Assembly: GCA_964016885.1 (NCBI GenBank)
Contig: OZ024743.1
Span: 199,330,001 to 199,394,000, forward strand
DNA from: Eledone cirrhosa
Taxonomy: Eukaryota
Direction of reading: 5' to 3'
Length of the DNA stretch: 64,000 nucleotides
A program made the translations under genes and the position numbers. This document shows, piece by piece, positions 27,301 to 39,593 of this stretch; the stretch's first letter is position 1, and each line of letters begins with the position of its first letter. The notes beneath the pieces were generated by a model, which made no database searches, was not told the DNA's origin, and saw only the letters and a list, made by a program, of their open reading frames with translations.

Positions 27301-27571
27301 TATAAAGAAAAAGGGATGAAATCGAAAATGCAACTGAAGTCTTATTTTTTTTTTAAATATATATATTTATTTGGTTCCTTTACCGGTTTCGCAGTTCTTC
27401 TGCTTTTCAAAAGGCAGAAGAACTGCGAAACCGGTAAAGGAACCAAATAAATATATATATTTAAAAAAAAAATAAGACTTCAGTTGCATTTTCGATTTCA
27501 TCCCTTTTTCTTTATACTTCCACTCGTGTAGGACACCTCGGTTATTTTTCATTTTGTAAAAAAAACCTCAC

Positions 27572-27580
<9 letters not shown>
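27301..27580 (-). mobile_element. TA-embedded fold-back element, about 105-bp near-perfect palindrome, with hammerhead at the apex
   Basis: 27301-27407 is the reverse complement of 27409-27516; unique arm matches 12132-12250. Confidence 0.85.
27377..27414 (-). ncRNA. Minimal type I hammerhead ribozyme candidate, U3:A8 variant
   Basis: Minus strand cctt|TTGAAAA|gcag-aagaa-ctgc|GAAA|ccgg|TA|aagg with perfect stems I and II. Confidence 0.65.
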
Positions 27581-27665
<85 letters not shown>

Positions 27666-27761
27666 AATATACATACATATATATATATATATATATCCAT
27701 ATATATATATATATCCATATATATATATATATATGGATGCATGTATATATGTATGTATATT

Positions 27762-27841
<80 letters not shown>

Positions 27842-27848
27842 CAAGTTC

Positions 27849-27895
<47 letters not shown>

Positions 27896-28358
27896 ATAAT
27901 ATGAACTTGTTTTCTTTGTCAGTTTGTTTCAAATAGAAGAATTGAATCCACTTGCCAGCTAAAATGCCTGCTAGTTCTTCATTTCATTTTAGAGATATGG
28001 ATGACTTAATCAACACAATAACTTCCTATAAACTGGCACATTGTTCAGAAACCTACTGTTTATGAAGACCATACTGAGAAGCAGTAGATTAATTAACATA
28101 TTCATGCTTGACTGAAGCAGGGTTCCACTCCACTACAGGAATAGTTTCTGTCCTGTAAAAACTTAATTCTTCCAGTCATGGCAGTGAAGAATGACTATAT
28201 ACATTCCCTTGGTTTTCCATTGTTATAGCTTAGTAACAAAACAATAACGAGGGAAAAAAAATATATATATAGTAAAATTATACATACACATAGACAGACA
28301 GATAGACAGATGTATATACCACACATATACAGATACATGTATATCTTCATTCATACAC

Positions 28359-28399
<41 letters not shown>

Positions 28400-28457
28400 C
28401 CTATTTCATCATCATTATCACTATAAGAAACGAAATTCATTTGTATCACACTCACTT

Positions 28458-28511
<54 letters not shown>

Positions 28512-28647
28512 CCTTACATAAATACATACACACACATATACATACATATATATATATATATACATACACACATACATATATACATACACACACATATACA
28601 TATATACATACACACACATATACATACATACATACATACACACACAT

Positions 28648-28726
<79 letters not shown>

Positions 28727-28729
28727 CAT

Positions 28730-28760
<31 letters not shown>

Positions 28761-28763
28761 CAA

Positions 28764-28815
<52 letters not shown>

Positions 28816-28959
28816 CCATACATAGAGAGATATGAATTATTGGAATCCTTAGTCTTAGGTTGTCATTGATTTCCCCAATGCCATTTTAAAATCCTTATTG
28901 CTGGTGTATCATATAGGAGAAAGATACATTGAAATAAAACTAAAACAGAAACTACTCCT

Positions 28960-29772
28960 CTCTACTGCCACCACCCCACCACAACCACCACTATCACCAC
29001 CATCACTACCTCCACCACCTTACCAGCACCTCCACTGCTTGCACCACCGCTGTACAACCACCACTACCACCACCACAACTATCACCACCACAACTATCAC
29101 CACCACAGCCACCATGCCAGCACAACTACCACTACCATCACCTTACCACTACCTCCACTGCTTCCACCACTGCAACACAACCACCACTACCACCATCACA
29201 ACCACCTTACCACCACCTTACCACCACCTCCACTCCTTCCACTACCGCAACACAACCACCACTACCACCACCACCACCACCACAGCCACCATTCCAGCAC
29301 CACCACCACTACCACCACCTTACCACCACCCCCACTCCTTCCACCACCACAACACAACCACCACTACCACCACCACCACCACCACAGCCACCATGCCAGC
29401 ACCACCACTACCACCACCTTACCACCACCTCCACTCCTTCCACTACCACAACACAACCACCACTACCACCACCACCTTACCACCACCTCCACTCCTTCCA
29501 CCACCAGCACTACCACCATCACCACCACAGCCACCACCACAGCCACCATGCCAGCACATCCACCTCCACAGCCATCATCACCTCCACAACCATCACCACC
29601 GTCACCCCACCACCACAACCACCACCACCCCAGTGCAACCACCTCCACAGCCATCACCACCGTCACCCCACCACCACAACCACCACCACCACCTCTGTCA
29701 CCACCACCACAACCCCCCCCCAGTGCAACCACCACCACAGCCATCACCACCGTCACCCCACCACCACCACCG
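28960..29772. repeat. (CAC)-rich degenerate minisatellite
   Basis: Recurring ccaccaccttaccaccacctccactccttcc and cacagccaccatgccagcac blocks. Confidence 0.9.
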
Positions 29773-30039
29773 TGACTATATATATGTGTGTGTAAAGGTT
29801 TGGAGGGTGGAATGATAGAGGTGTGGTATGAGATGGGAAAACATTGAGAGTTGAGAGAGGGGAAAAAGAGATGTGTGTACGTGTGTGTATAAGTGTATGT
29901 ATTTGTGTACGTGTGTGTATAAGTGTATGTATGTGTGTATGTGTGTGTATAGCAGAGGGGTGTGAAGCTGCTGGTGGTGGTGGGTTATTATTGTAGGGGT
30001 GGTGTTTGTAATAGTTCTTGTTGTTATTGGTTGTTATGT

Positions 30040-30790
30040 TGCTAGTGGTGTTTGTTGTTTGTTGTTGTGATGGTTATGGTGGTATTTGTGATAGTTTTTG
30101 TTGTTGTTGTTGTTGTTGTGATGGTTGTGGTGGTATTTGTGGTAGTTGTTGTTGCTGTTGTTGTTGTTGTTGTTGTTTTTGTGATAGTTGTGGTGGTATT
30201 TGTGATAGTTGTTGTTGTTGTTGTTGTTGTTGTGATGGTTGTGGTGGTATTTGTGATAGTTGTTGTTGCTGTTGTTGTTATGGTTGTGGTGGTATTTGTG
30301 ATAGTTGTTGTTGCTGTTGTTGTGATGGTTATGGTGGTATTTGTGATAGTTGTTGCTGTTGTTGTGATGGTTGTGGTGGTATTTTTGATAGTTGTTGTTG
30401 CTGTTGTTGTGATGGTTGTGGTGGTATTTGTGACAGGTGTTGTTGTTGTTGTTTTGATGGTTGTGGTGGTATTTGTGATAGTTGTTGTTGTTGTTGTGAT
30501 GGTTGTGGTGGTATTTGTGATAGTTGTTGTTGTTGTTGTTGTGATGGTTATGGTGGTATTTGTGATAGTTGTTGTTGTTGTTGTTGTTGTGAAGGTTGTG
30601 GTGGTATCTGTGATAGTTGTTGTTGTTGCGATGGTTGCGGTGGTATTTGTGATAGTTGTTGTTGTTGTTGTTGTTTTGATGGGTATGGTGGTATTTGTGA
30701 TAGTTGTTGTTGCTGTTGTTGTGATGGTTGTGGTGGTATTTGAGATAGTTGTTGTTGCTGTTGTTGTGATGGTTGTGGTGGTGTCTTTTT
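30040..30790. repeat. (GTT)-rich minisatellite, unit ggtggtatttgtgatagt(tgt)ngatggttgt
   Basis: About 17 units that vary by whole triplets. Confidence 0.93.
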
Positions 30791-30939
30791 GTGATTGTCG
30801 TTGTTTTTTTATAGTTGTGATGGTGTTGTGGTTATTATTGCAATTGTTGTTGTACACTGTTATTGTTGATGGTGGTGGTTGTTGATACTTGTAGTGTTGT
30901 GATTGTTGTTTTTCTTCTCGTTATTAGTTGTAGTGGGAG

Positions 30940-31160
30940 GGTGGGGAATTGGGAGTGTCGGTAAAGCATCCGATAATTTGCTTTGTGGCATAGAGTTATG
31001 GCCGTTTACGGTCTAAGTTCAAATCCTGCCGAGGTTAACTTTACCTTTCATCCTTACGGGGTCGATGAAATAAAGTACCATAATGCACTGGGGTCAATTT
31101 CATCGACTTTTTCCTCTCCCAAAATAGTTGGCCATGTGGCTAAATCAGACACTGTTATTA
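30940..31160 (+). mobile_element. SINE family A
   Basis: aagttcaaatcctgccgaggttaactttacctttcatccttacggggtcgatgaaataaagtacc. Confidence 0.85.
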
Positions 31161-31204
31161 GTTGTAGGGGTCATAGTAACTGTTGGTACTGTTGGTAGTT
31201 GTGG

Positions 31205-32030
31205 TAGAGTTTGTGATTGTAGATGGTAGTTGTTATGTTTGTGATTGTTGATGGTAGTTGTTGTTATGTTTGTGATTGTTGATGGTAGTTGTTATGTTTG
31301 TGATTGTTGATGGTAGTTGTTGTTATGTTTGTGATTGTTGATGGTAGTTGTTATGTTTGTGATTGTTGATGGTAGTTGTTGTTATGTTTGTGATTGTTGA
31401 TGGTAGTGTTTGTGATTGTTGATGGTAGTTGTTGTTATGTTTGTGATTGTTGATGGTAGTTGTTATGCTGTGATTGTTGGTGGTAGTTGTTATGTTTGTG
31501 ATTGTTGATGGTAGCTGTTATGCTGTGATTGTTGGTGGTAGTTGTTATGTTTGTGATTGATGATGGTAGTTGTTGTTATGTTTGTGATTGTTGATGGTAG
31601 TTGTTATGTTTGTGATTGGTGGTCGTAGTTGTTGTTATGTTTGTGATTGTTGATGGTAGTTGTTATGTTTGTGATTGTTGGTGGTAGTTGTTATATTTAT
31701 GATTGTTGATGATAGTTGTTATGTTGTGATTGTTGGTGGTAGTTGTTTTGTTTGTGATTGTTAATGGTAGTTGTTGTTATGTTTGTGATTGTTGATGGTA
31801 GTTGTTGTTATGTTTGTGATTGTTGATGGTAGTTGTTATGTTTGGGATTGTTGATGGTAGTTATGTTTGTGATTGTTGATGGTAGTTGTTGTTATGTTGT
31901 GATTGTTGATGGTAGTTGTTATGTTTGTGATTGTTGGTGGTAGTTGTTATGTTTGTGATTGTTGATGGTAGTTGTTATGTTGTGATTGTTGGTGGTAGTT
32001 GTTATGTTTGTGATTGTTGGTGGTAGTTAT
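31205..32030. repeat. 28-31-bp minisatellite gttatgtttgtgattgttgatggtagtt
   Basis: Direct reading, about 28 units. Confidence 0.95.
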
Positions 32031-33002
32031 GGTGGTTTTTGCAATTGTTGTTGTTAGTGCTATATGTAGTGGTTGTTGGTAGTGAATGTGGTGGTTGTGG
32101 TGATGTTTGAAACTGAATTGTTGTTAGCTTTGGTGGTGTTTTTATTATCATTGGCTATAGCAATGACTCTGATTGTTGTAGTTGTTGTTACTTTTGTTGT
32201 TTGTTGTTGTTGTGGTTGTGTTTGTTGTTGTTTTTAATTGTGAGAGAGTGCATGAAAGAGAGCCTCTACATATGATGGAGAGTGGGGGTATGAAGAAGAG
32301 AAAGAGCATGAGGAAAAGTGAGAGAAAAAGGAAGTATAAAGGAGAGAGTGCATAAGAGAGAAGGATAAAGCATGATTGAGAGAGCATGAAGAAGTGAGAG
32401 AGAGTGGGTAGAGTATAAGGGTGAGAATATGAACGAGAGAGAGAACATAAGCGAGAGAGAAAGACAGAGAGTATTGAGGGAATAGGAAGTGAGCATGTGG
32501 GGGAGAGGAAGAGGAGGGCAGACAATGACAGAAACAACAAGAACATGAACAATAAGGAGACAGAGTTTAATGATTTATCAGAGCATGTCAATATTGTATA
32601 AAATAACAAAGCATTATGCTGGTTATTAATGGAAATAAGAAACACAAAAGTACCTTACACACACACATACACAAATGCACACTCACACGCCCACACACAC
32701 ACACACACACATATATATATACACACTTATCCATGGAGATATACACACATTCATGCTCATATACACATGCACATTCATACACTCATACACACACATACAT
32801 AGATGCACACTCACACGCACACACACTCTTACCCATGGAAACACACACTCATATATACCCATTCATATATGCATACACATACCTATAGATACCTACACAT
32901 CCATATCTTTAGCCATACAGCCATACACATGCATACATAGAGCTTTAGACACACATACATAACATTACAAGCGTACGCATTCCTAGGCATACACTAATAC
33001 TA

Positions 33003-33416
33003 TACACAATCGAAAGGTTGTGAGTACAATTCTCGGACCGGGTGGTGTGTTGTTTTCTTGAGCAAGACATTTTATTTCACATTGCTCCAGTTTACTCAGC
33101 TGTAGAAATGAGATGATAGGACTGGGGTCCCTATCATTCCACTGCAAAGCAGTCGTGTAGGTGCCACAGCAAAAAAGCACCCAGCCCACATTGTAAAGTG
33201 GATGTGTAGGCGCCACAAAAAAAAAGCACCCAGCACTCACTGTAAATGAGGTTGGTGTTAGGAAGGGCATCCAACTGTAGAAATCAAGCCAGAATCAGTT
33301 CCCGTATGAGCAAGACAAGGTCAGCCAACCGGACTCTGCCCACAACAGGACTACCCATCTAACCCATGCTAGCTTGGAAGAACGGACGTAAAACGGTGAT
33401 GATGATGATGATGATG

Positions 33417-33418
<2 letters not shown>
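33003..33418 (+). mobile_element. CORE-SINE family B, 5'-truncated long-tail variant
   Basis: CORE segment, internal duplication of aaaaaagcacccagc, tail aacggacgtaaaacggtgatgatg. Confidence 0.9.
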
Positions 33419-33455
<37 letters not shown>

Positions 33456-33984
33456 GATGATGATGATGATGATGACAATGAAGATGATGATGATGATGAT
33501 GAAATGGTGGTGGTAGTGATGATAATGATGATGATCGTGATAATGATTGTAATGATGATGATGGTGGTGGTAGTGGTGGTGTTGGTGGTGGTGTTATGTG
33601 GTTGTGGTGATGATGATGGTGGTGGTAGTGGTGTTGTTGGTGGTGGTGTTATGTGGTTGTGGTGATGATGATGATGATAACTATTGACACATACACATAG
33701 ATGCAAATAGATATGCATTCGTTAAAATAAATGCACTGTGAAATACACAAGAAACACATACATACATGATGGCTGCTTCCTTGTTATTGAGTATGGCCAT
33801 TGCACGATATACCATTATTAATAATTATTAATTAATTCTATCGTGCAATGCCTGTGCATGAAGATATTTTTTAAAGTGAGGAAAGACTGTGCACTGAGCC
33901 AATCCCACTCTCTGAGCGACAGTAGCTATAACCCGAAAAGAAGAAAAGATCAACATCATCGGTAACTACTGAGCTGCAGGTTTT

Positions 33985-34150
33985 ATGTCGGAGTTATCCC
34001 AGTTTCCTGAGTTGCCTCCTCCTAGAAGAATGCCCTGACAGAGACTAGGGGTCCTTCACTCCCAGTGGTTTAACCGCACGGTGCATGTGTATATATATAT
34101 TTACACACTTTCGGATGGCCGTTGACTCTTATGAGTTATTCCGCCCATAC
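33985..34150 (-). mobile_element. Fragment related to the 45490-46100 element
   Basis: Shares ctcctagaa..gcc..tgaca..ctaggggtc and ggatggcc(g/a)ttgactctta. Confidence 0.55.
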
Positions 34151-34789
34151 ATACATACATACTTGCATTTACGTCTACCATTACACACATTCTCATACAA
34201 TCAAAAAAATATTATCTGTACGTGTATATGAGCCTGTGTGTGTGTGTGTGTGCATATATTTGTATGTGTGTATAACTTTCACATGCAAACATATGCATGC
34301 ATTATAATATAAATGTATTGGGATGGGAACTACACACGTAAACATGGTTGGATTTAGACCTTGGAGGGCTCAGGGCATTTCAGGTTGGGGGTGCGGAGCA
34401 CCTCATACACACAAATTAGAGCAAACCCCCCTCCCCCCAATTTTACACATCAAAGTTAACTTGGCACAAGTAATTGGAATTGAAAAGTTATACATACAGG
34501 TATTAACTTCAAAAATTCTAAACATCCTAAAACTAAAATGCCCAGCTGAGGGCACATATAAATTGCTATAGCTGTTGCTGGTGGGGTCCCCCTCTGCAAG
34601 GGGCCTGGGGCAATAATCCCCCCCCCCCATACACTCTGGTCCTGTAAGTAAACATGGGAAGTAATGGCATTAGGGAGACAAATGTGTACAGAGTGGAACT
34701 GTACTCACTTATGCACATACTTTTCAGGTAGCCAGCATATGAGGTGCTATACTACTTTGCATTTTCTTTTGGCCTGTTACTACCAACAA

Positions 34790-35030
34790 GGAACCCAAAT
34801 TTCTGAATATTCTGATAACTAGGGATGAGACATGGATGTATGGGTGAGACCCAGAAACCAATGTACAGTCATCATAATGGAAACATCCAACATGAACAAG
34901 GTCCACAACAGTACACTAGGTGCAGAGAAAAGTCAAGGGGATGCTGACTGTTTTCTTCAACTACTTAGGCATCACCAATATGCACCAGGAAAATAGGCAG
35001 CTACAAAGAAGTATTATCAAGAATGGATAC
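34790..35030 (+). mobile_element. Tc1/mariner transposase fragment (pseudogene)
   Basis: FLNILITRDETWMYG*DPETNVQSS*WKHP...KVKGMLTVFFNYLGI contains the mariner DETW catalytic motif. Confidence 0.88.
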
Positions 35031-35035
35031 CCAAT

Positions 35036-35069
<34 letters not shown>

Positions 35070-36350
35070 GCATCATTTAACATTCACTTTCCCTGTAGCA
35101 AGGTTGGGATGGGTCTTCGAAGACCAAGTCAGTGCTGAAGCTGGGCTACTGACCTCCCAGACAGACCAGAATCTACATCTTATTTACATACAGTCTCATG
35201 TTCTACCAAGGGTGTTTTGTCATGGCACCATCACTACTGAAGGCTCCTCCCATAGTTTGTGTATATAATGTTTGTAAAAAGATATTTGAAATTTTTAACA
35301 TAGTTCATGGTCCCCTGTAGTGACATGTTGGAACCCCAGTATTATCTTGATGGACACCAACGTTTCCTTGTCGCTCAGGTTAAGAACTAGTGTTCTTATC
35401 ATACCCTTAACATCTTCAAAAAGGGCAAAACATTTTAGATAGTGTAGTCCTAGTTGCTTCTATGAGCTGAGATAGTTCTGGTGGGAATGCCTATGTTTAC
35501 AGGTCTCCTTTTTCAGACATGGCCTAAAGTTAAACAACAACAATACCTACATATCCACACACACAAAATAAAGCATAACTTAAGATCAACAATTGGTTTT
35601 CATTATTCCTTTCTTTCTATATTCCTGTTATGAGTCATTTGAATCAGAGGTTTTAAAACCTTAGTGATAGAAAGGGTGGTGCTCCATGTTTATGTATGTA
35701 TGTTTTGTAGGGTGGATTTGAAGGTTTGGGGTAAAGGGTTTCACTATTGTTGTGTGAACAATTAAACAGCTCAGTGAAAGAATTCTGACACTTGCATAAA
35801 AGATTTGTTTATGTGTGTGTATATGTATATATATATATGTATGTATATAAGAGATAGAAAGAGGGTGGGAGAGAGATATAGAGTTGCACACACACACACT
35901 CATATATATGTATAATCAATCTTTTTCATGCTGAATTAGGTTGGGTGTGTCCTGTCACAATAGACCCCCCTTCCTCCTTCTCTCACTCACTCTCTCTTTC
36001 TCTCCCTCTGCTCTTCACTTTATCTCTCTCATATTTTATCATTTATTCTGTGAGGTCCTGAGATCTTACCTCACCAGATTTGTTAGTCTTCCTTTTCACC
36101 AGGTAAATTCCACTCTCAGTACAGTCTAATATATCATTCAGTATTAACAATCTATTCCTATCACTTGTTCATCTTTGGACAGTAGACTTAACCCACTGCC
36201 TAGTTTAACACCACCTGCTAACTCTTGAGTTGCTTTAACCCTTTAGCATCTACATTATATATATACTATTATATTTTCATGCTAAAGGCTTTATCTCATA
36301 TAATTATCTCGCATAATATTGAATCTATGGATTTTGATATTATTCATTTG

Positions 36351-36890
36351 GAGAAAGGCGGTGGATTGGCAGTATCGGTAGAGGGTCGGACACCATGCTT
36401 TGATGGATGGAGGCACATGGCTTAGTGGTTAGAGCATTGGCCTTGCAATCGAAAGGTTGTGAGTTCAATTCTCAGACCGGGTGATGTGTTGTTTCCTTGA
36501 GCAAGACACTTTATTTCACATTGCTCCAGTTTACTCAGCTGTAGAAATGAGATGATAGCGACTGGGGTCCCCATCATTCCACTGCAAAGTGGTCATGGAG
36601 GTGCCACGGCAAAAAAGCACCCAGCACTCACTGTAAATGAGGTTGGTGTTAAGAAGGGCATCCAGCTGTAGAAATCAAGCTAGAATCAGTCCCGTCCCAC
36701 CCATGCAAGCAGGGAAAAGCGGACGTAAAAATGATGTAAGTAAGTTGATGTAAGTTACGGCCCTTGCCATTCTGAGTTCAAATCCCGCCAAAATTAACTT
36801 TACCTTTCATTCTTACAGGGTCGATAAAATAAAGTACCAGTAATGCACTGGGCAATTGCTGGCCTTGTTCCAAAAGTAGAAACAATTATT
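36351..36890 (+). mobile_element. SINE family A split by SINE B
   Basis: Head tggcagtatcggtagagggtcgg (36351-36405) resumes at 36751 agttacggccc..gagttcaaatccc. Confidence 0.88.
36408..36750 (+). mobile_element. Full-length CORE-SINE family B
   Basis: tRNA-like A/B boxes, CORE segment, RTE-like tail, possible ttgatg TSD. Confidence 0.92.
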
Positions 36891-37384
36891 TATTTTGAGA
36901 ACAATACCATAACATCACTATCAGTGGCCAGTATGAACAGAAAGAGGTGAGAAAATTCTGACCAGATATGGCCAGTTTAAATGCTAAAGGGTTAATGAGT
37001 ATATTCTGTTGCAAGCGTTCATGCTATTAATCCAGACTGAGGATAACTATCTTCCACTAATCTTGTAAGCATTAAAAAGGGCCATAGCTATTGCTTTTCT
37101 TTCTTTGTATCATGTAAAAGAAATTAACATTACCTAAACAGTTTTCTTATAGGCCTACTTATGCTGTGGTATTAACACCAAGCCACTATCTCTCAGCTCA
37201 TGTTTGATCTGGCTTTTATGTAACAGTAGAAATTAAATGGATCACACTTTCCATATTTCTCCTCATCTTATATATTCTGTAGCTACACTGCATCATTCTT
37301 CTTTTACTTACTTTGTACAGCCAGTTTATTCTTGGTTGATGTTTTTTAAGTGCTGTATTATGAACCAACAATAATATCTCTGAA

Positions 37385-37720
37385 ACAAAAACAGTTCCTT
37401 TGAACAAACAATGGAGTCCCTATCAACAAAATAGAGTGGACATAACAACAAACAAGAGAGTTCCTAATAACCAACTAGAGAGTGGCTTTTAACAAACAAG
37501 GGAGTCCATAAGTACCAATACGATAGTCGCTATCAACAAAATAGAGAGGTCCTATAAACCAACAAGAGAGTCTATATCAACAAAATAGATAGGTCCTATA
37601 AACCAACAAGAGAGTTTATATCAACAAAATAGATAGGTCCTATGAACCAACAAAAGAGTTTGTATCAACCAATTAAAGAGTACCTATGAACAAAGAAGAG
37701 AGTTTCTATCAAAAAGAGAG
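37385..37720. repeat. About 44-bp diverged minisatellite
   Basis: tatcaacaaaatagataggtcctataaaccaacaagagagtt(t/c)a repeated. Confidence 0.85.
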
Positions 37721-37943
37721 TCTGTCTGAGTCAGCAAAAATAATGTCATACTGTATGACAGGTATAGTGGGGGGATTCAAAAGTGTGGGGGGAAGATAGT
37801 ATGTTATGCATGCATGACATATGTGGTGGAATTTGACAGCATGATGAGAGGGAGGGGAATGGTGGAGGGGGTGGGGGATGGGGGGGGGGGGGTAGATCTC
37901 AGATACAGGGTGGATTACAATGATATATATATATATATATATA

Positions 37944-38133
37944 TAACGAAGGAAATGTGGTAAGGAACCAGATGGACTATAACGCCGCACCAGAGTACTC
38001 AATACTTAGGGTAGTAGAGTAGGTAATAGGAAAAAGTATGACCCCGACGGCAGAGCTCAGAGCTCAAGCTGTTTCGACGGCTATTTCTTCGAAACGGCTT
38101 GAGCTCTGCCGTCGGGGTCATACTTTTTCCTAT
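37944..38133 (+). mobile_element. TA-embedded fold-back repeat (family C)
   Basis: Unique arm plus hairpin taggaaaaagtatgaccccgacggcagagctc / gagctctgccgtcggggtcatactttttccta. Confidence 0.85.
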
Positions 38134-38160
38134 ATATATATATATATATATAAATACACT

Positions 38161-38194
<34 letters not shown>

Positions 38195-39149
38195 CACACA
38201 CATATATATATATGGGGAGAGAGAGAAAGAGAGATGCTGTGTGCAAACCTGTGTGTATATGTATGTGTGTGTGTGTGTGTGTGCATCTGTATGTGTGTAA
38301 GTTTATGTGTGTGCATGTGTATGTGTGTGTGTGTGTGGTGGGGTGTGCTGGAGTACAAGAAGAATCATGTAATTGTAAGCCTGTTAGAGACATATATGAG
38401 ATGGCAAGGAAATGTTGTGAAGAGAAAAGGAAGTGAGAAAGAAGGAAGAGTTGATTTGCCCATACAATGCTTTCTACGCCATTGTTATCGTGTTTTAGTG
38501 TTTTATCCTGTGTTCTTTCAGAAAAGGCCTTCCAGCATAATTTGTATAATTAAGTCGATTGTTCAATATCTTGCATAAATAACAGTAGGATTTCACCGAT
38601 TTGGCACAGAAATATATTGACACATGAATGTTGGACATGAAACTGACTGGCTAGAATTGTTCTTTGCATGGTATTGGAGTCGGTGGTTGATAGGAGAGAA
38701 CAATGGTTGGAGCTAAGGTGAGAGAAAATGAAAGAAGAGTGGGAGAAAATTTACTGATACAGGAACACAATATATTATCTGTAACAAATCATATGTCATA
38801 TTAATTCATATCTCCTCAACACCAATGTCTACTAGTTGATTACTCAGAGATATTGAATAACTACTCGACCAATGCTTGCCTCTTCCAAGAATCAAGAATG
38901 AAAGACAAGGTCCATATGGCAGTAGTGTGAAAGTCTAACATTGATAGACAGCTACATATAAGTACGGTCTACTAGCTGATCACCCAGAGATATTCAATAA
39001 CTACTCCACCAATGCTTGCCTCTTCCAAGAATCAAGAACGAAAGACAAGGTCTATATGGCAATGTGAAAGTCTAACATTGATACAAAGCTACACATTTTT
39101 ATGGTAAAAAAACTGTCAGTTAATTAAGTATTTTATTCCCATTTGTATA

Positions 39150-39366
39150 AATAACATTATAGATATGTTTTAGATATATACATAAATAACATTACAAATG
39201 TATAAATAATGTTATAAATTGCTTGCATTTCATTCAGAACATTACAAATATATGTTGTATTACAGTTGTAATGTTCTTCTGAAGAATTGCAAGCAATTGA
39301 TAATGTTATTTATGCATTTGTAATGTTATTTATGTATAGATTTAAAACATATTTGTAATGTTAATT
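39150..39366. mobile_element. AT-rich fold-back element
   Basis: taacatta..tacataaataacattacaaatg..aattgcttgca is inverted as tgcaagcaatt..catttgtaatgttatttatgta..taatgtta. Confidence 0.7.
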
Positions 39367-39593
39367 AACCCTTAAACATTTAAACTGGCCATATCCGTCC
39401 AGAGTTCTCTCACCTCTTTCTGTTATAACCAGCTGTAACCATCCACTCATACTGATGTTAAGGTATTTTTATCAAAATAAATAATATCAAAATCTCATAG
39501 ATAAAATATTATGTGAGATAATTATGTGAGGTAAAGCCTTTATCATGAAAATACAATAGTATATATAGAGTATTGTAAATGCCAAAGGGTTAA
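39365..39593 (-). mobile_element. piggyBac-like MITE P
   Basis: TTAA-flanked reverse copy of 23446-23673. Confidence 0.85.

Larger units (their letters stand above)
36235..36995 (+). mobile_element. piggyBac-like MITE P interrupted by nested SINEs
   Basis: TTAA|CCCTTTAGCAT...ATGCTAAAGGG|TTAA; the two halves match 23446-23673. Confidence 0.88.

Noticed and set aside
27993-28065. Other short AG-started open frames (also 10131-10207 and 14216-14313)
   Set aside because: Splice-like sites are frequent by chance in AT-rich DNA; no homology or phase-consistent partners
36415-36480. tRNA gene
   Set aside because: A and B boxes are present, but the anticodon and acceptor stems do not pair and it continues into the SINE body
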